From Thermodesulfobacteriota bacterium (GTDB lineage Bacteria; Desulfobacterota; BSN033; UBA1163), in contig JBHGBJ010000006.1 of the NCBI GenBank assembly GCA_041947025.1, forward strand, positions 5,995-69,994: 64,000 nt of DNA. Reading direction: 5' to 3'. Below the pieces are notes generated by a model. The model was not told where the DNA came from. It worked only from the letters and a program-made list of their open reading frames with translations, and made no database searches. Positions 1-9,128 of the stretch are shown in pieces (position 1 is the stretch's first letter; every line of letters begins with the position of its first letter). The position numbers were made by a program, and so were the translations under genes.

Positions 1-607
1 GGATGGAGATAAAGTCCGATTCCCTCAGGACGGTATCGAAGCCTTTCAGTTCAATTCCCTCAGGAGCCTTTTCAAGATAGGGATCGAAGGCGATCACCCG
101 GACGCCAAAAACAGAAATTCTTCTTGCGACTTCGAGACCGATCTTTCCACATCCGATCAAGCCCAATGTTTTCCCCTTGGTTCTGTAGATGGGAATCCCC
201 AATCGAAAATCCCACTGGCCGGCCTTCACCTTCTTATCAAAAAAGGCAGTCTTTCGGATCAATCCGAGGATCATCGAGAGGGCCTGGTTTGTAACCTCAT
301 CGATACAGTAGTCCGGCACATTGGCAACGACAATTCCTAAGTCCGTAGCTGCCTTGAGATCGACCGAGTCGACCCCGACCCCGTAACGAGAGATCGCCTT
401 ACATTTCGGAAGATTTTCAAGAACCCTCCGGGTCAAGAGCGCATACTGATTTATAAGCCCGTCCGCATCCCGGCATGCTGAGATCAGGTCTTTCTCCTCC
501 TGCAGCTGTGCCAGTATGATCTCAGCACCTATACGGCCAAGCTCCTCCTTCTCTTCTTCGATGGAGCCATGATCGCAATCGGTGATCACCACCCGATATT
601 GTCCCAT
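1..607 (-). CDS. D-isomer-specific 2-hydroxyacid dehydrogenase (NAD-binding; CtBP/PGDH-like); 5' part only, 3' end off window
   Basis: Minus-strand translation from ATG at 607 (RBS GGAGAGGAGAGG upstream) gives MGQYRVVITDCDHGSIEEEKEELGRIGAEII...GLIGCGKIGLEVARR...VIAFDPY, the typical catalytic/NAD-binding architecture of D-2-hydroxyacid dehydrogenases. Not in ORF track because truncated by window edge. Confidence 0.7.
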   Translation of the reverse strand, partial: MGQYRVVITDCDHGSIEEEKEELGRIGAEIILAQLQEEKDLISACRDADGLINQYALLTRRVLENLPKCKAISRYGVGVDSVDLKAATDLGIVVANVPDYCIDEVTNQALSMILGLIRKTAFFDKKVKAGQWDFRLGIPIYRTKGKTLGLIGCGKIGLEVARRISVFGVRVIAFDPYLEKAPEGIELKGFDTVLRESDFISI

Positions 608-629
608 CCTCTCCTCTCCTCTCTTATCT

Positions 630-1664
630 TTAAGGGATCAGAATCACCTTGGCCGCTTGAAGGTTCTCCAAAAGATGAAAGGCCTCTTCCCACTTTTCAA
701 GGGGAAGCTTGTGGGTGATCAGCTTTTCCGCAGGAAGGAGTCCTTTCGAGATGAGGCCGATCGTCTTCTCCCATGCCGTCCAACTACTGGAGTAACAGAA
801 GTCATAACGAAGGGCTTTGAAAATACCCCGATCGTAAGGGATCGGAACCTCTTCCTTTCCTGAAATTCCAATCGCACAGATCCTGCCCAATCTCCTCACG
901 ATCTCGAAAGCCTGGTAGATGGCCTTTCCGCCTCCTGAGGTCTCGATCAGGATGTCCACTCCTAAGCCATCCGTCATCTCCAAGACTTTCTGTACAGGAT
1001 CCACTTGATCGACATTGATGGTGAAATCGGCTCCCAGTTCCCTTGCTTTTTCAAACCGCACTCCCTCATCCGAGCTCCTTCCGGATACCCCGACCATTCT
1101 CACTCCGGCCGCCTTCGCGATGGCAAGGGAGATGAGGCCAATGGGACCGGGTCCGGTGATGAGGACGGACTCTCCTGCCTGGAGTTGGGCGCGTTCGAGG
1201 ACCGAGGTGACGCAGATCGCAATGGGTTCAATCACGGCACCCACCTCAAAGGGAATATTGGCCGGAAGACGATGGAGGAGTCGGGCAGGACCTGCGACAT
1301 ATTTTGTGTAGGCGCCGTTGATCCCGATGCCATAGGCCCTTTTCTGCTCGCAGACCTGGGGAAAGCCACTCTGACAGGTATAACAGAGGCCGCAGGATCC
1401 GGTGCGGGTCTCGGTCACGATCCGGTCACCCCTCTTCCATCCCTTCACCTCTTTTCCAACATCGATAACGATGCCAGAGAATTCGTGGCCCAGGACGACA
1501 GGAGGCCAGTAAGGATGACTGTCGTGATAGATATGAAGGTCGCTTCCACAGACCGAGACAGCCTTCACCTCGATCAAGACTTCGTCTTCCTTGATTTTGG
1601 GTTCGGGAACCTCCCGAATTTCAATCAACCCCTTTCCCTTTGCGTACTTTACGACGGCTTTCAT
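630..1664 (-). CDS. Zn-dependent alcohol dehydrogenase, MDR family (sorbitol/L-idonate/threonine dehydrogenase-like)
   Basis: MKAVVKYAKGKGLIEIREVPEP...GHEFSGIVIDVG...TGSCGLCYTCQSG...LITGPGPIGL: catalytic Zn GHE, structural Zn Cys cluster, GxGxxG Rossmann. Start moved to ATG 1664 (GGAGG RBS); ORF-track 5' extension to 1877 has no support. Confidence 0.8.
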   Translation of the reverse strand: MKAVVKYAKGKGLIEIREVPEPKIKEDEVLIEVKAVSVCGSDLHIYHDSHPYWPPVVLGHEFSGIVIDVGKEVKGWKRGDRIVTETRTGSCGLCYTCQSGFPQVCEQKRAYGIGINGAYTKYVAGPARLLHRLPANIPFEVGAVIEPIAICVTSVLERAQLQAGESVLITGPGPIGLISLAIAKAAGVRMVGVSGRSSDEGVRFEKARELGADFTINVDQVDPVQKVLEMTDGLGVDILIETSGGGKAIYQAFEIVRRLGRICAIGISGKEEVPIPYDRGIFKALRYDFCYSSSWTAWEKTIGLISKGLLPAEKLITHKLPLEKWEEAFHLLENLQAAKVILIP

Positions 1665-1752
1665 TTTTAAACCTCCGGATGGTAACGCCCTCGTTGACTG
1701 GGAGCGTTTGTAGGGTATCCATACCTTCACACGCCGGCACTCAATGCCGACG

Positions 1753-3033
1753 CTATAGTTTCTTCTGATGCGATAGGATGGGAAGTATTTCCCCGCCTCT
1801 TTGAAGCACTGCCACCTTTGCCCGGGAGCCCATGAGTGAGAAGGCGATCTCCAATGCCTCTTGCGGGCCACGGGCATAAATGAAACCTAATCTCTCGGTC
1901 TCCTTTTTCCCTATTCCCCGTGAAACCATGATTCCCCGCGCCCTTTCCTTGATCACCCTCCCCACGTGGACGAGATGGGCAGCTACCGTTAACTTGTTAA
2001 CAAGACCCTTCTGGAGTTTTTCTTCAGCCTCTCTGAAGGTTTGGTATCCAAATTCGAGGACTTCCGGATGACTGGGAGAGATCCCCTCCGGACAAGTGGT
2101 CACGAGGATCACCACGCCTCCCTGCTTGACTGCCAATTCGGCCGCATAAATCCCTTTGGCTGCCAGCCATAGCTCTGAGTCATAGGGATGGGAATCGGCG
2201 ATGACAATATCCGCCTCCTGAGGGAGTGCAGATTGATAAATCTGACGGGAGCGGATTGCACCGGCCCGATAGGCACGGATGGGGTTTCCTGCTACCACTT
2301 CGATCAGCCTGCCGGACCCATCCTGAATCGTATTGACGATCCACTTTAAGCCAACTTTCTCGGCGACCCTTTCGATCTCCTCTTTCACAGGGTTTTCAAT
2401 CTTTCCCAATATTTCCCGCCCGGGAAACTGTGCGCTGAGCCAATGGGTCCTTCCTGTCGTCTCCTCGCCACAGATTCCAGGCTGAATAATATTTCCTCCT
2501 CCGCTGAATCCGGAGACCCGATGGGGAACGATCTGCCCCACGCCAATAATGAAACTGGCCTCTTCGACCATTCGATTGACAAAGATGGGAGTGCCTCTCT
2601 CTGTCTCTCCCCATTTCATCAACTGGGAGGAATCCCACCAGTGGTGATTGGAGATGGAGTATCGTTTGGGAATTTCCTCTCCGAATTTTCTCCCGATCTC
2701 CTCTTCCGTCATCGGCCGATGGGTTCCGAGGGCCACGAGAATCTTGATGTGGCTCGGTTCGATGCCGGCTCCGCCCAATTCCCTTAATAATCGAGGAAGA
2801 ATCTTCTGGACAGGAGTAGTCCTCGTATAGTCATCCACCGCAATCAATATGGTCTCATGCTTTTTAAGCAGGAAAGGCAAAGGGTCGGAGCCGAGGGGAT
2901 GGGCAAAAGCCTTTTCGACGATCTGCTCCTCATCTTCTTCAGCGTCAACGGAGGTTGGAGAAAAGATTCCGAGGAGGTTCTTTTCCGGGATCTCCATTGG
3001 TATTATTTCAGGATAGGGAAACGAGATACGCAT
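1753..3033 (-). CDS. LarA-family nickel-pincer-dependent alpha-hydroxyacid racemase/epimerase (DUF2088 N-domain)
   Basis: MRISFPYPEIIPMEIPEKNLLG...LIAVDDYTRTTP...ILVALGTHRPMTEEE...VPHRVSGFSGGGN matches the LarA N-terminal (DUF2088) signature and length (~425 aa). ORF-track start 3057 is a TTG without RBS; ATG at 3033 aligns with LarA N-termini (start uncertain). Confidence 0.7.
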   Translation of the reverse strand: MRISFPYPEIIPMEIPEKNLLGIFSPTSVDAEEDEEQIVEKAFAHPLGSDPLPFLLKKHETILIAVDDYTRTTPVQKILPRLLRELGGAGIEPSHIKILVALGTHRPMTEEEIGRKFGEEIPKRYSISNHHWWDSSQLMKWGETERGTPIFVNRMVEEASFIIGVGQIVPHRVSGFSGGGNIIQPGICGEETTGRTHWLSAQFPGREILGKIENPVKEEIERVAEKVGLKWIVNTIQDGSGRLIEVVAGNPIRAYRAGAIRSRQIYQSALPQEADIVIADSHPYDSELWLAAKGIYAAELAVKQGGVVILVTTCPEGISPSHPEVLEFGYQTFREAEEKLQKGLVNKLTVAAHLVHVGRVIKERARGIMVSRGIGKKETERLGFIYARGPQEALEIAFSLMGSRAKVAVLQRGGEILPILSHQKKL

Positions 3034-3142
3034 AATAACTCGATGATCATTGGTCAATGGTCAGAATTCAATGTTATTCTTCGTTTCTTACTGCTTTCGG
3101 CTCACTGCTTACTGATGACTGATCGCTGATTACTGGTTACTA

Positions 3143-3793
3143 TTATTTACCTCGTGCTTCCCGGATGGCCTTAAGAAAAGCGCGGGTGTTCTCGGTGATC
3201 ACATGAAACTTCTTTTCCTTGAGGGCTTTCTTATCGACCAACTCTCCTCCCACACCAAGAGCGGCTACTCCAGCCTTGACAAAGTCGCCTGCATTCTGGA
3301 GATTGACTCCTCCTGTAGGAACGAGAAGAATCTGTGGAAGAGGGGCCCGGACCGCCTTGATATATTCCGGCCCTCCTAATTGAGCAGCAGGAAAAACCTT
3401 GACCATGTCCGCTCCTGCATTCCAGGCGGTCAGGATCTCAGTAGGGGTCATCGCTCCCGGAATGACCACGACGCCATAGCGGTGTGCGAGGCGGATGAGA
3501 TCCAGATTGAGAGTAGGACTCACAATGAATTGGGCGCCGGCGAGGAGTGCAGCCCTTCCTGTCTCAGGATCGAGGACAGTTCCTGCACCCATGACAATCT
3601 CATCCTTATATTTCTGAGTCAGCTCCTTTATCACGTCAATGGCCCCTTGAACACTCATTGTGATTTCGATAAAGGTCACCCCTCCCGTTTTAACCGCATC
3701 CGCCACATCCATCGCTTCCTGAGCAGTGGAGACCCGAATGACAGGGATCAATCCTTCGGAGATCATCCGGTTGAACACTTCCCGTTTTTCCAT
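3143..3793 (-). CDS. eda: 2-dehydro-3-deoxyphosphogluconate / 4-hydroxy-2-oxoglutarate aldolase
   Basis: 216 aa; ...[33 protein letters not shown]...VMGAGTVLD...GAQFIVSP... typical KDPG aldolase motifs incl. Schiff-base Lys region (MVKVFPA). Confidence 0.85.
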   Translation of the reverse strand: MEKREVFNRMISEGLIPVIRVSTAQEAMDVADAVKTGGVTFIEITMSVQGAIDVIKELTQKYKDEIVMGAGTVLDPETGRAALLAGAQFIVSPTLNLDLIRLAHRYGVVVIPGAMTPTEILTAWNAGADMVKVFPAAQLGGPEYIKAVRAPLPQILLVPTGGVNLQNAGDFVKAGVAALGVGGELVDKKALKEKKFHVITENTRAFLKAIREARGK

Positions 3794-3873
3794 GCGACCC
3801 TCCTGTTTCTTTCCTTTTCGATTACCGTTTCACGATTTAGAAATCGCAAACTGCAAATCGCAAATCGTCAGAG

Positions 3874-4860
3874 CTATCTCGATATCCTTAACCCCACTCC
3901 CTTGAGCTGGGCCTCGACCTCTTCCAAGGTGGACCAGTTGAAGTCCGTGGGCACGGTGTGCTTAAGGGCGGCAAAGGCGTTTCCGTACTGGACGCCTTTT
4001 TGAACGTCTTTTTCCTTCAGCCAGGCATAGAGAAATCCGGCAGTAAAGGAGTCTCCTGCCCCCACCCTGTCCACAATCTCAACGTCGTACTTCCTGTCTT
4101 TGAAAATCTTTCCATCCTGGTAGGCAATGGCTGTCCAGTTGTTCCTCCAAACCGAAAGGTCTTCTCTTAGCGTGATCGCTACTACTTTCAATTTGAAGGT
4201 CTGGGCAAGCTTCGTCGCTGCAGCCTCATAGTCTTTCTCCTTGATTCCAAAAACCACATTGGTATCTTCCTCGGTTGTGATCAGGATGTCAACGTCGGCC
4301 ATCATCGGTTCTTGAATCTTCTTGGCCTCAGCGGGCGTCCAGAGTTTCTTACGGTAATTAAGGTCGTAAGAGACGCTGCATCCTGCTTCTTTCGCTGCCT
4401 TTAGGGCTTGCGCGGTGACCTCTGCTGCCGATGAGCTCAGGGCAGGGGTGATGCCGCTCATATGGAAATGCTTTGACCCGGCGAAGACCCTTGTCCAATC
4501 GACCTCACCGGGTTTGATCATGCTGATCGAGGAACCCGCCCTGTCATAGAGGACACTCGAAGCACGGGGCGATGCGCCGAGCTCTAAGAAGTAGAGGCCA
4601 GCCCTTCCTTGGTCAGACCAGACAATGTGGGAGCAATCGACTCCAAGCCCCCGGGCACGGTCACGGATAAAATAACCAAGAGGATTCTTAGGGAGCTTAG
4701 AAACCCAGGCACTCTTCAGTCCCAAACGGCTCACGCCAACAGCCACATTGAGTTCGGCTCCGCCAGCACTGACATCGAGACTATGAGTCTGCTCCAACCT
4801 CAAAAAATGAGGAGGTGAAAGCCTTACCATTGCTTCTCCAAAAGTGACAACGTCGTACAT
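3874..4860 (-). CDS. kdgK: 2-dehydro-3-deoxygluconokinase (PfkB family sugar kinase)
   Basis: 328 aa; N-terminal VVTFGEAMVRL, C-terminal DRVGAGDSFTAGFLYA (PfkB signature 2); immediately downstream of KduD-like/IclR and upstream of eda. Confidence 0.8.
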   Translation of the reverse strand: MYDVVTFGEAMVRLSPPHFLRLEQTHSLDVSAGGAELNVAVGVSRLGLKSAWVSKLPKNPLGYFIRDRARGLGVDCSHIVWSDQGRAGLYFLELGASPRASSVLYDRAGSSISMIKPGEVDWTRVFAGSKHFHMSGITPALSSSAAEVTAQALKAAKEAGCSVSYDLNYRKKLWTPAEAKKIQEPMMADVDILITTEEDTNVVFGIKEKDYEAAATKLAQTFKLKVVAITLREDLSVWRNNWTAIAYQDGKIFKDRKYDVEIVDRVGAGDSFTAGFLYAWLKEKDVQKGVQYGNAFAALKHTVPTDFNWSTLEEVEAQLKGVGLRISR

Positions 4861-4861
4861 C

Positions 4862-5524
4862 TTATTCTCCTTTTCTCAGTTCTATACGCATCCCTTTTTC
4901 TGCGGATGCATAGGCCGCGTAAATCACCTCCACCACATCCCTTGCCAAATCGATTCCGGAAACAGGCTCCCGGTCCAATAGAACCGCATCGATGAAATCC
5001 TCCAATTCCTGAGGAAACCCTTTCATCCAGTCATCGTCGGGGCTGGGAAAGTTCCAGCCCGCCTTCGTTTCGAGCCTCTCCGCGATATATTCCTCTCCAA
5101 AGATAGGAGGTTCGGGTGCATAAACCTCCAAAACGTCGTGAGGATTGATCTTGACATATACCACCGAATTCGATAGGAAGACGCTGAGGAGATTTCTCAC
5201 CCCTCCCAAAACGGTGTCCGAAGCGAAGACGGTTGCGTTTGAACCGTCTTCGCCAGCCTCTGCAGCATCGATGGAGAACTTCCCATGGAGATCGGTCGGG
5301 ACACACAGATCGACAATATCGATGTCAGGCCGCTCAAGGATGCGGCGATAGTCGTCATAGGAGTGTGGGATATTGAATTTCTTTGCGAAGGACTCGGCAT
5401 TCTCTTTCTTTTGAGATGCCACCTCAACGACATCCACCTTTAAGCCTCTCAGCTTCGAAAGATTGCTGAGGTGAAGGCTGGCAGCAACTTTCGAACCGAC
5501 GATTCCAAGCCTCACTTTATCCAT
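4862..5524 (-). CDS. Gfo/Idh/MocA-like oxidoreductase, apparently internally deleted (220 aa)
   Basis: N-terminus MDKVRLGIVGSKVAASLHLSNLSKLRGLKVDVVEVASQ...IVDLCVPTDLH is a Gfo/Idh/MocA Rossmann start; C-terminus ...ARDVVEVIYAAYASAEKGMRIEL is the typical family ending; ~120 aa of the usual middle (EKP.. catalytic region) is missing. Confidence 0.45.
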   Translation of the reverse strand: MDKVRLGIVGSKVAASLHLSNLSKLRGLKVDVVEVASQKKENAESFAKKFNIPHSYDDYRRILERPDIDIVDLCVPTDLHGKFSIDAAEAGEDGSNATVFASDTVLGGVRNLLSVFLSNSVVYVKINPHDVLEVYAPEPPIFGEEYIAERLETKAGWNFPSPDDDWMKGFPQELEDFIDAVLLDREPVSGIDLARDVVEVIYAAYASAEKGMRIELRKGE

Positions 5525-5828
5525 CTCTCTTGGACCCCTTCTCTCCGATCACTTCATATACCTGAACCGTGCTCTCGGTATAGAGGGCCTTGATCTTAGG
5601 TGAGAGGGTTTTATGGTCTGGTGAATCCCTCCAAGCAGCAGCCGTCTCGAGGGATTGAAACCGGATCACCATCTGGTAAACAGATCCTTTCCCCTGTTCT
5701 TTGAGGAGCGACACCGAGACGAATCCAGGCTGTCTTGACATGGCCACACTATAAACTTCTTTAAACAGGGCTTCAAACTCCTTCTCCTTGCCAGGAATGA
5801 CATTATAGGTAACATGCCTTTCGATCAT
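5517..5828 (-). CDS. antibiotic-biosynthesis-monooxygenase (ABM/Dabb) domain protein
   Basis: 103 aa; MIERHVTYNVIPGKEKEFEALFKEV...FVSVSLLKEQ...YQMVIRFQSLETAAAWRDSPDHK: ferredoxin-like ABM fold pattern. Overlaps downstream gene start by 8 bp. Confidence 0.55.
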   Translation of the reverse strand: MIERHVTYNVIPGKEKEFEALFKEVYSVAMSRQPGFVSVSLLKEQGKGSVYQMVIRFQSLETAAAWRDSPDHKTLSPKIKALYTESTVQVYEVIGEKGSKRDG

Positions 5829-5903
5829 TATCTAAGTCTCCTTCCCCCCTCACCTTTCCCCTCTCCCCACTGGGGAGAGGGAAGGGTGAGGGGAAATTTC
5901 GCT

Positions 5904-7010
5904 TCATATTTTCTCCAAAATGGCTGGTCGAACAAATGAAATCCCCTCAACGATCATGGAAAGTGTAGGGTAGAGAATTGGATGTGTAATCATCACCGGT
6001 CCTCTCGGGGTGGCGAGGATCGTATCCTCCGATTTCGTTCCTGTGATTGAGGGGTTCCAGGTGAAGGCCTGATTCTCCTGGATGACATCAGGGGTTTTCA
6101 AATGGGTCCGGTAATCCCTACCCGTATACCCGATTGAACCGCCCTGGTGATGGAGTTTCCATTCCTCTGGATATCCCTTTTCTTGATAAGCATCGATCCC
6201 TTTCTGGAAGACCTCCCTTGCGGGCATTCCAGGACGGGTGTGAGCCATAAAGGTGCAATCAATCCAGACATTCGCTTCGTACTTTCTACTCAGTTCTTCG
6301 GGTATCTTCCCGAAGTGGACAAATCGAGTGAGTGAGACGATAAGACCCCACTTCCGGGCGTTGACAGAAACCATGAGATACTTCTCAACCCTTCTTTCCG
6401 TGGGAATGGGGTGGCGAAAATTAGAGACACGATCATCCGCGGCAGCCATCAAGGTAATGGGATCGATTCTGTCTTTCCAGATCTCATTACAGAGCCTTCC
6501 CACAACTTCTGATTCCTTTTCTCCTATCTTCGTTTCAATCAGTGTCTTCTCCAGCGCCCGAGAGACCTTCTCTCCCAACCAGCGATATCGCTCCTGTTCT
6601 TCGGGTGTTAAGGAGTAACGGAGCTTCGCAATCCCTTCCGTCGATAGGACCGCGTCTTTGAACGGGACATCACATCCCAAAGGTCCATCTCCCGCAAGTT
6701 CTTTAACCACGGAGGCTTCTTGTTCTTCATACCAGGGATAGGTTTTGATGATAAAATCCTGTTTCTCCAAACCCTCTTCTTCGATCATGCGAGGGGTTTC
6801 GATATTGTTTGAGATGACAAATTTGGAATCCTTTGTAATGAGAAGGGAGGTGGCCCCAAGCTCTGTAGTAATTCCAACAAGATTGAGGCCACCGCAGGTC
6901 ATCCATGAAAAGTTGGCCTGGCGCTTAAGAAGAAGAGCTTTCAGGCCCGTTGTCTTGAGAAACTCTCTTACTCTCCGTTCCTTTTCCCTGATCTCGTCGG
7001 CGATTGCCAT
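5904..7010 (-). CDS. M24-family metallopeptidase (creatinase/prolidase-type N-domain + pita-bread domain)
   Basis: Start set to ATG 7010 (RBS GGAGAAGGAGAGAGG); MAIADEIREKERRVREFLKTTGLKALLL... (creatinase_N-like), C-terminal HHQGGSIGY...E-rich metal-ligand region typical of M24. Confidence 0.6.
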   Translation of the reverse strand: MAIADEIREKERRVREFLKTTGLKALLLKRQANFSWMTCGGLNLVGITTELGATSLLITKDSKFVISNNIETPRMIEEEGLEKQDFIIKTYPWYEEQEASVVKELAGDGPLGCDVPFKDAVLSTEGIAKLRYSLTPEEQERYRWLGEKVSRALEKTLIETKIGEKESEVVGRLCNEIWKDRIDPITLMAAADDRVSNFRHPIPTERRVEKYLMVSVNARKWGLIVSLTRFVHFGKIPEELSRKYEANVWIDCTFMAHTRPGMPAREVFQKGIDAYQEKGYPEEWKLHHQGGSIGYTGRDYRTHLKTPDVIQENQAFTWNPSITGTKSEDTILATPRGPVMITHPILYPTLSMIVEGISFVRPAILEKI

Positions 7011-7024
7011 CCTCTCTCCTTCTC

Positions 7025-8008
7025 CTATTGTGCAAGCACATCCGGCCAGGTCGTCACCGACCATTGTGTTTTGAACAACTCGTCGACAGCCGGTTTAGCC
7101 TTCTCTCTGAAGGAATTAGCGTCCGGAATGATTACCTGCATCAGTTTTCGTTGGAGATCCACCAGAATGGCGGCCTCGCCTGTCTTGATCTTGTTGTTGG
7201 CCCACTCCTCCGCCTGTTTACCGGCCTTGGCGATAAGATCCTGATCTGCCTTGGATAGCTTGTCGAAGAAAGGCTTGTAGATCAGGATTCCCCCGGTCTG
7301 CACAAGATGATTGGTGATGATTAAATGACTTTGTACCTCGTTAAGTTTGAAGGATTGGATCTGTGGCAGGTCGCCTTCGGAGGCATCAGCCTTACCCGAC
7401 TTGAGCGAGTTATAGAGTTCGGGCAAAGGAACCCCAACGGGGTCGGTGCCGATCGCCTTCCAGACAGCCATCCAAGTAGGTATATTGGGTAGCCGGAGTT
7501 TCAAGTTATAAGCATCGGCAGGCGTGTAGAGAGGTTTCTTCGATGTCGTCTGCCGCAGCCCCCGGTAGATGGTCGCCAGGTGCTTTAGGTCGTTTTTCTC
7601 TAATTGTGCCAGCGCCTCCTTGCCGAGTTTCCCATTCCAAACCCGCATGTAATGTTCGAAGTCTTTCATCACGTAGGGGCCGGTGAAGAAATAGTACGGA
7701 GGGGCGTAATCCTGCAGGAACCAGGTTCCGTTGGACTGCATCTCGATCTCCCCAGCCCTGTTCGCCTTACAAATGGCCTCTTCTGATTTGGTGCCTGCGT
7801 CGATTAGCACCTCGAACCGGCCGCCACTCCCCTTCTCAACTGCTTCCTTGAACCTCTCCGCCGCATCAACAAGAATATTGCCTTTTGGAAATGGGCTGGC
7901 GATACGAATCGTTTTTTCAGCTGAGATTACATTGGCTCCACCAACGAAGATGAAGCACAAGAATGCAATTATTGAGAGAACAATAGCCAATTTTGGAGTT
8001 CTCATCAT
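7025..8008 (-). CDS. TRAP transporter substrate-binding protein, DctP family (solitary)
   Basis: 327 aa with signal peptide (MMRTPKLAIVLSIIAFLCFIFVGGANV), DctP-like body; no dctQM immediately adjacent (sits next to tctCBA). Confidence 0.7.
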   Translation of the reverse strand: MMRTPKLAIVLSIIAFLCFIFVGGANVISAEKTIRIASPFPKGNILVDAAERFKEAVEKGSGGRFEVLIDAGTKSEEAICKANRAGEIEMQSNGTWFLQDYAPPYYFFTGPYVMKDFEHYMRVWNGKLGKEALAQLEKNDLKHLATIYRGLRQTTSKKPLYTPADAYNLKLRLPNIPTWMAVWKAIGTDPVGVPLPELYNSLKSGKADASEGDLPQIQSFKLNEVQSHLIITNHLVQTGGILIYKPFFDKLSKADQDLIAKAGKQAEEWANNKIKTGEAAILVDLQRKLMQVIIPDANSFREKAKPAVDELFKTQWSVTTWPDVLAQ

Positions 8009-8090
8009 CTTACCCTCCTTTCTAAGAGATTGTTTCCTCCGTATTTAATCCGGGGTCCCAAGGGCGCGCTTAGAGGTCTTAGAAAACGCG

Positions 8091-9041
8091 TCATTTTTTG
8101 ATCTCCCTGACCAGTTTGCCATAATACTCATCGTCACTGTCCATCAACTTCCCAAAAGCCTCTGGGCCAAGGTATGAGAGGTTTACAACCATGTCCTTTG
8201 CATTTTTCTGAAATACCGGATCATCCATTCCTTTTTTGAAGGCATCATGAAGTTTTTTAATCACATCCGGTGGAGTGCCTTTGGATGAGGCTAATCCCCT
8301 CCATTGCCCCATGGTAAAATCCACCCCCTGTTCCTTCACGGTTAGAACATCAGGGAAAAGCTCAAATCGCTTTTCGGCGAAGAGAGCGATGATCTTCAAC
8401 TTCCCTGCCTTCACATGCTCGATCCCTTCGGGTGGTGAGACTGTGACAGCATTGACATGGCCTCCGAGGAGGGCGGTTACGGACGGACCTCCGCCAGAAA
8501 ATGGGATATGGTTGAATTTCACACCGGCTGTCTTTTCAAAAGCAAGGGCGATCAGATGAACTCCTCCGCCCGCACCTGAGTTCCCCACGGTGATCATCTC
8601 AGGGTTCTTTTTGGCATAATCCAAAAACTCCTTGAGACTTTTCCATGGGGCATCCGCCCTCACCAGAAACATCCCTGGGTCCTTCACCACATTGATGACG
8701 GGATCAAAACTCTTGTAGGTGAAGGAAGTCTTCACCTGATGCGGAAGTATGGTGAGGGGCGTAATCGCAGAAACAAGGGTGTAACCATCTGGTTTTGCCT
8801 GAGCAACTTCGGTATATCCTACCGCTCCTGCTCCCCCTGGCTTGTTCACCACAACCACTGCCTTTCCAAGGTATTTTCCTGTTGTCGCAGCCAGAGCCCG
8901 AAAGATCAGGTCTGTTGCGCCTCCTGCTGCCCAGGGGATGATGATCTGGACTTCCTTGGCCGGGAACTCAGCGGCCTGGATTGACACGCTCCCTGAGAAA
9001 ATTAGAATTGCAAATAATCCGATGATCGTTTTTTTCAACAT
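8091..9041 (-). CDS. tctC: tripartite tricarboxylate transporter substrate-binding protein (Bug/TctC family)
   Basis: 316 aa, signal peptide, ...IIIPWAAGGATDLIFRALAA...KPGGAGAVGY... TctC hallmark. Confidence 0.8.
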   Translation of the reverse strand: MLKKTIIGLFAILIFSGSVSIQAAEFPAKEVQIIIPWAAGGATDLIFRALAATTGKYLGKAVVVVNKPGGAGAVGYTEVAQAKPDGYTLVSAITPLTILPHQVKTSFTYKSFDPVINVVKDPGMFLVRADAPWKSLKEFLDYAKKNPEMITVGNSGAGGGVHLIALAFEKTAGVKFNHIPFSGGGPSVTALLGGHVNAVTVSPPEGIEHVKAGKLKIIALFAEKRFELFPDVLTVKEQGVDFTMGQWRGLASSKGTPPDVIKKLHDAFKKGMDDPVFQKNAKDMVVNLSYLGPEAFGKLMDSDDEYYGKLVREIKK

Positions 9042-9128
9042 GGTGTTCCCTCCTTTCTTAACTTTGAACCATGAACGATGAATGACAAGCCTTAATCCCT
9101 CCTTTACTGTCTTACTCCGAACTCCGAA

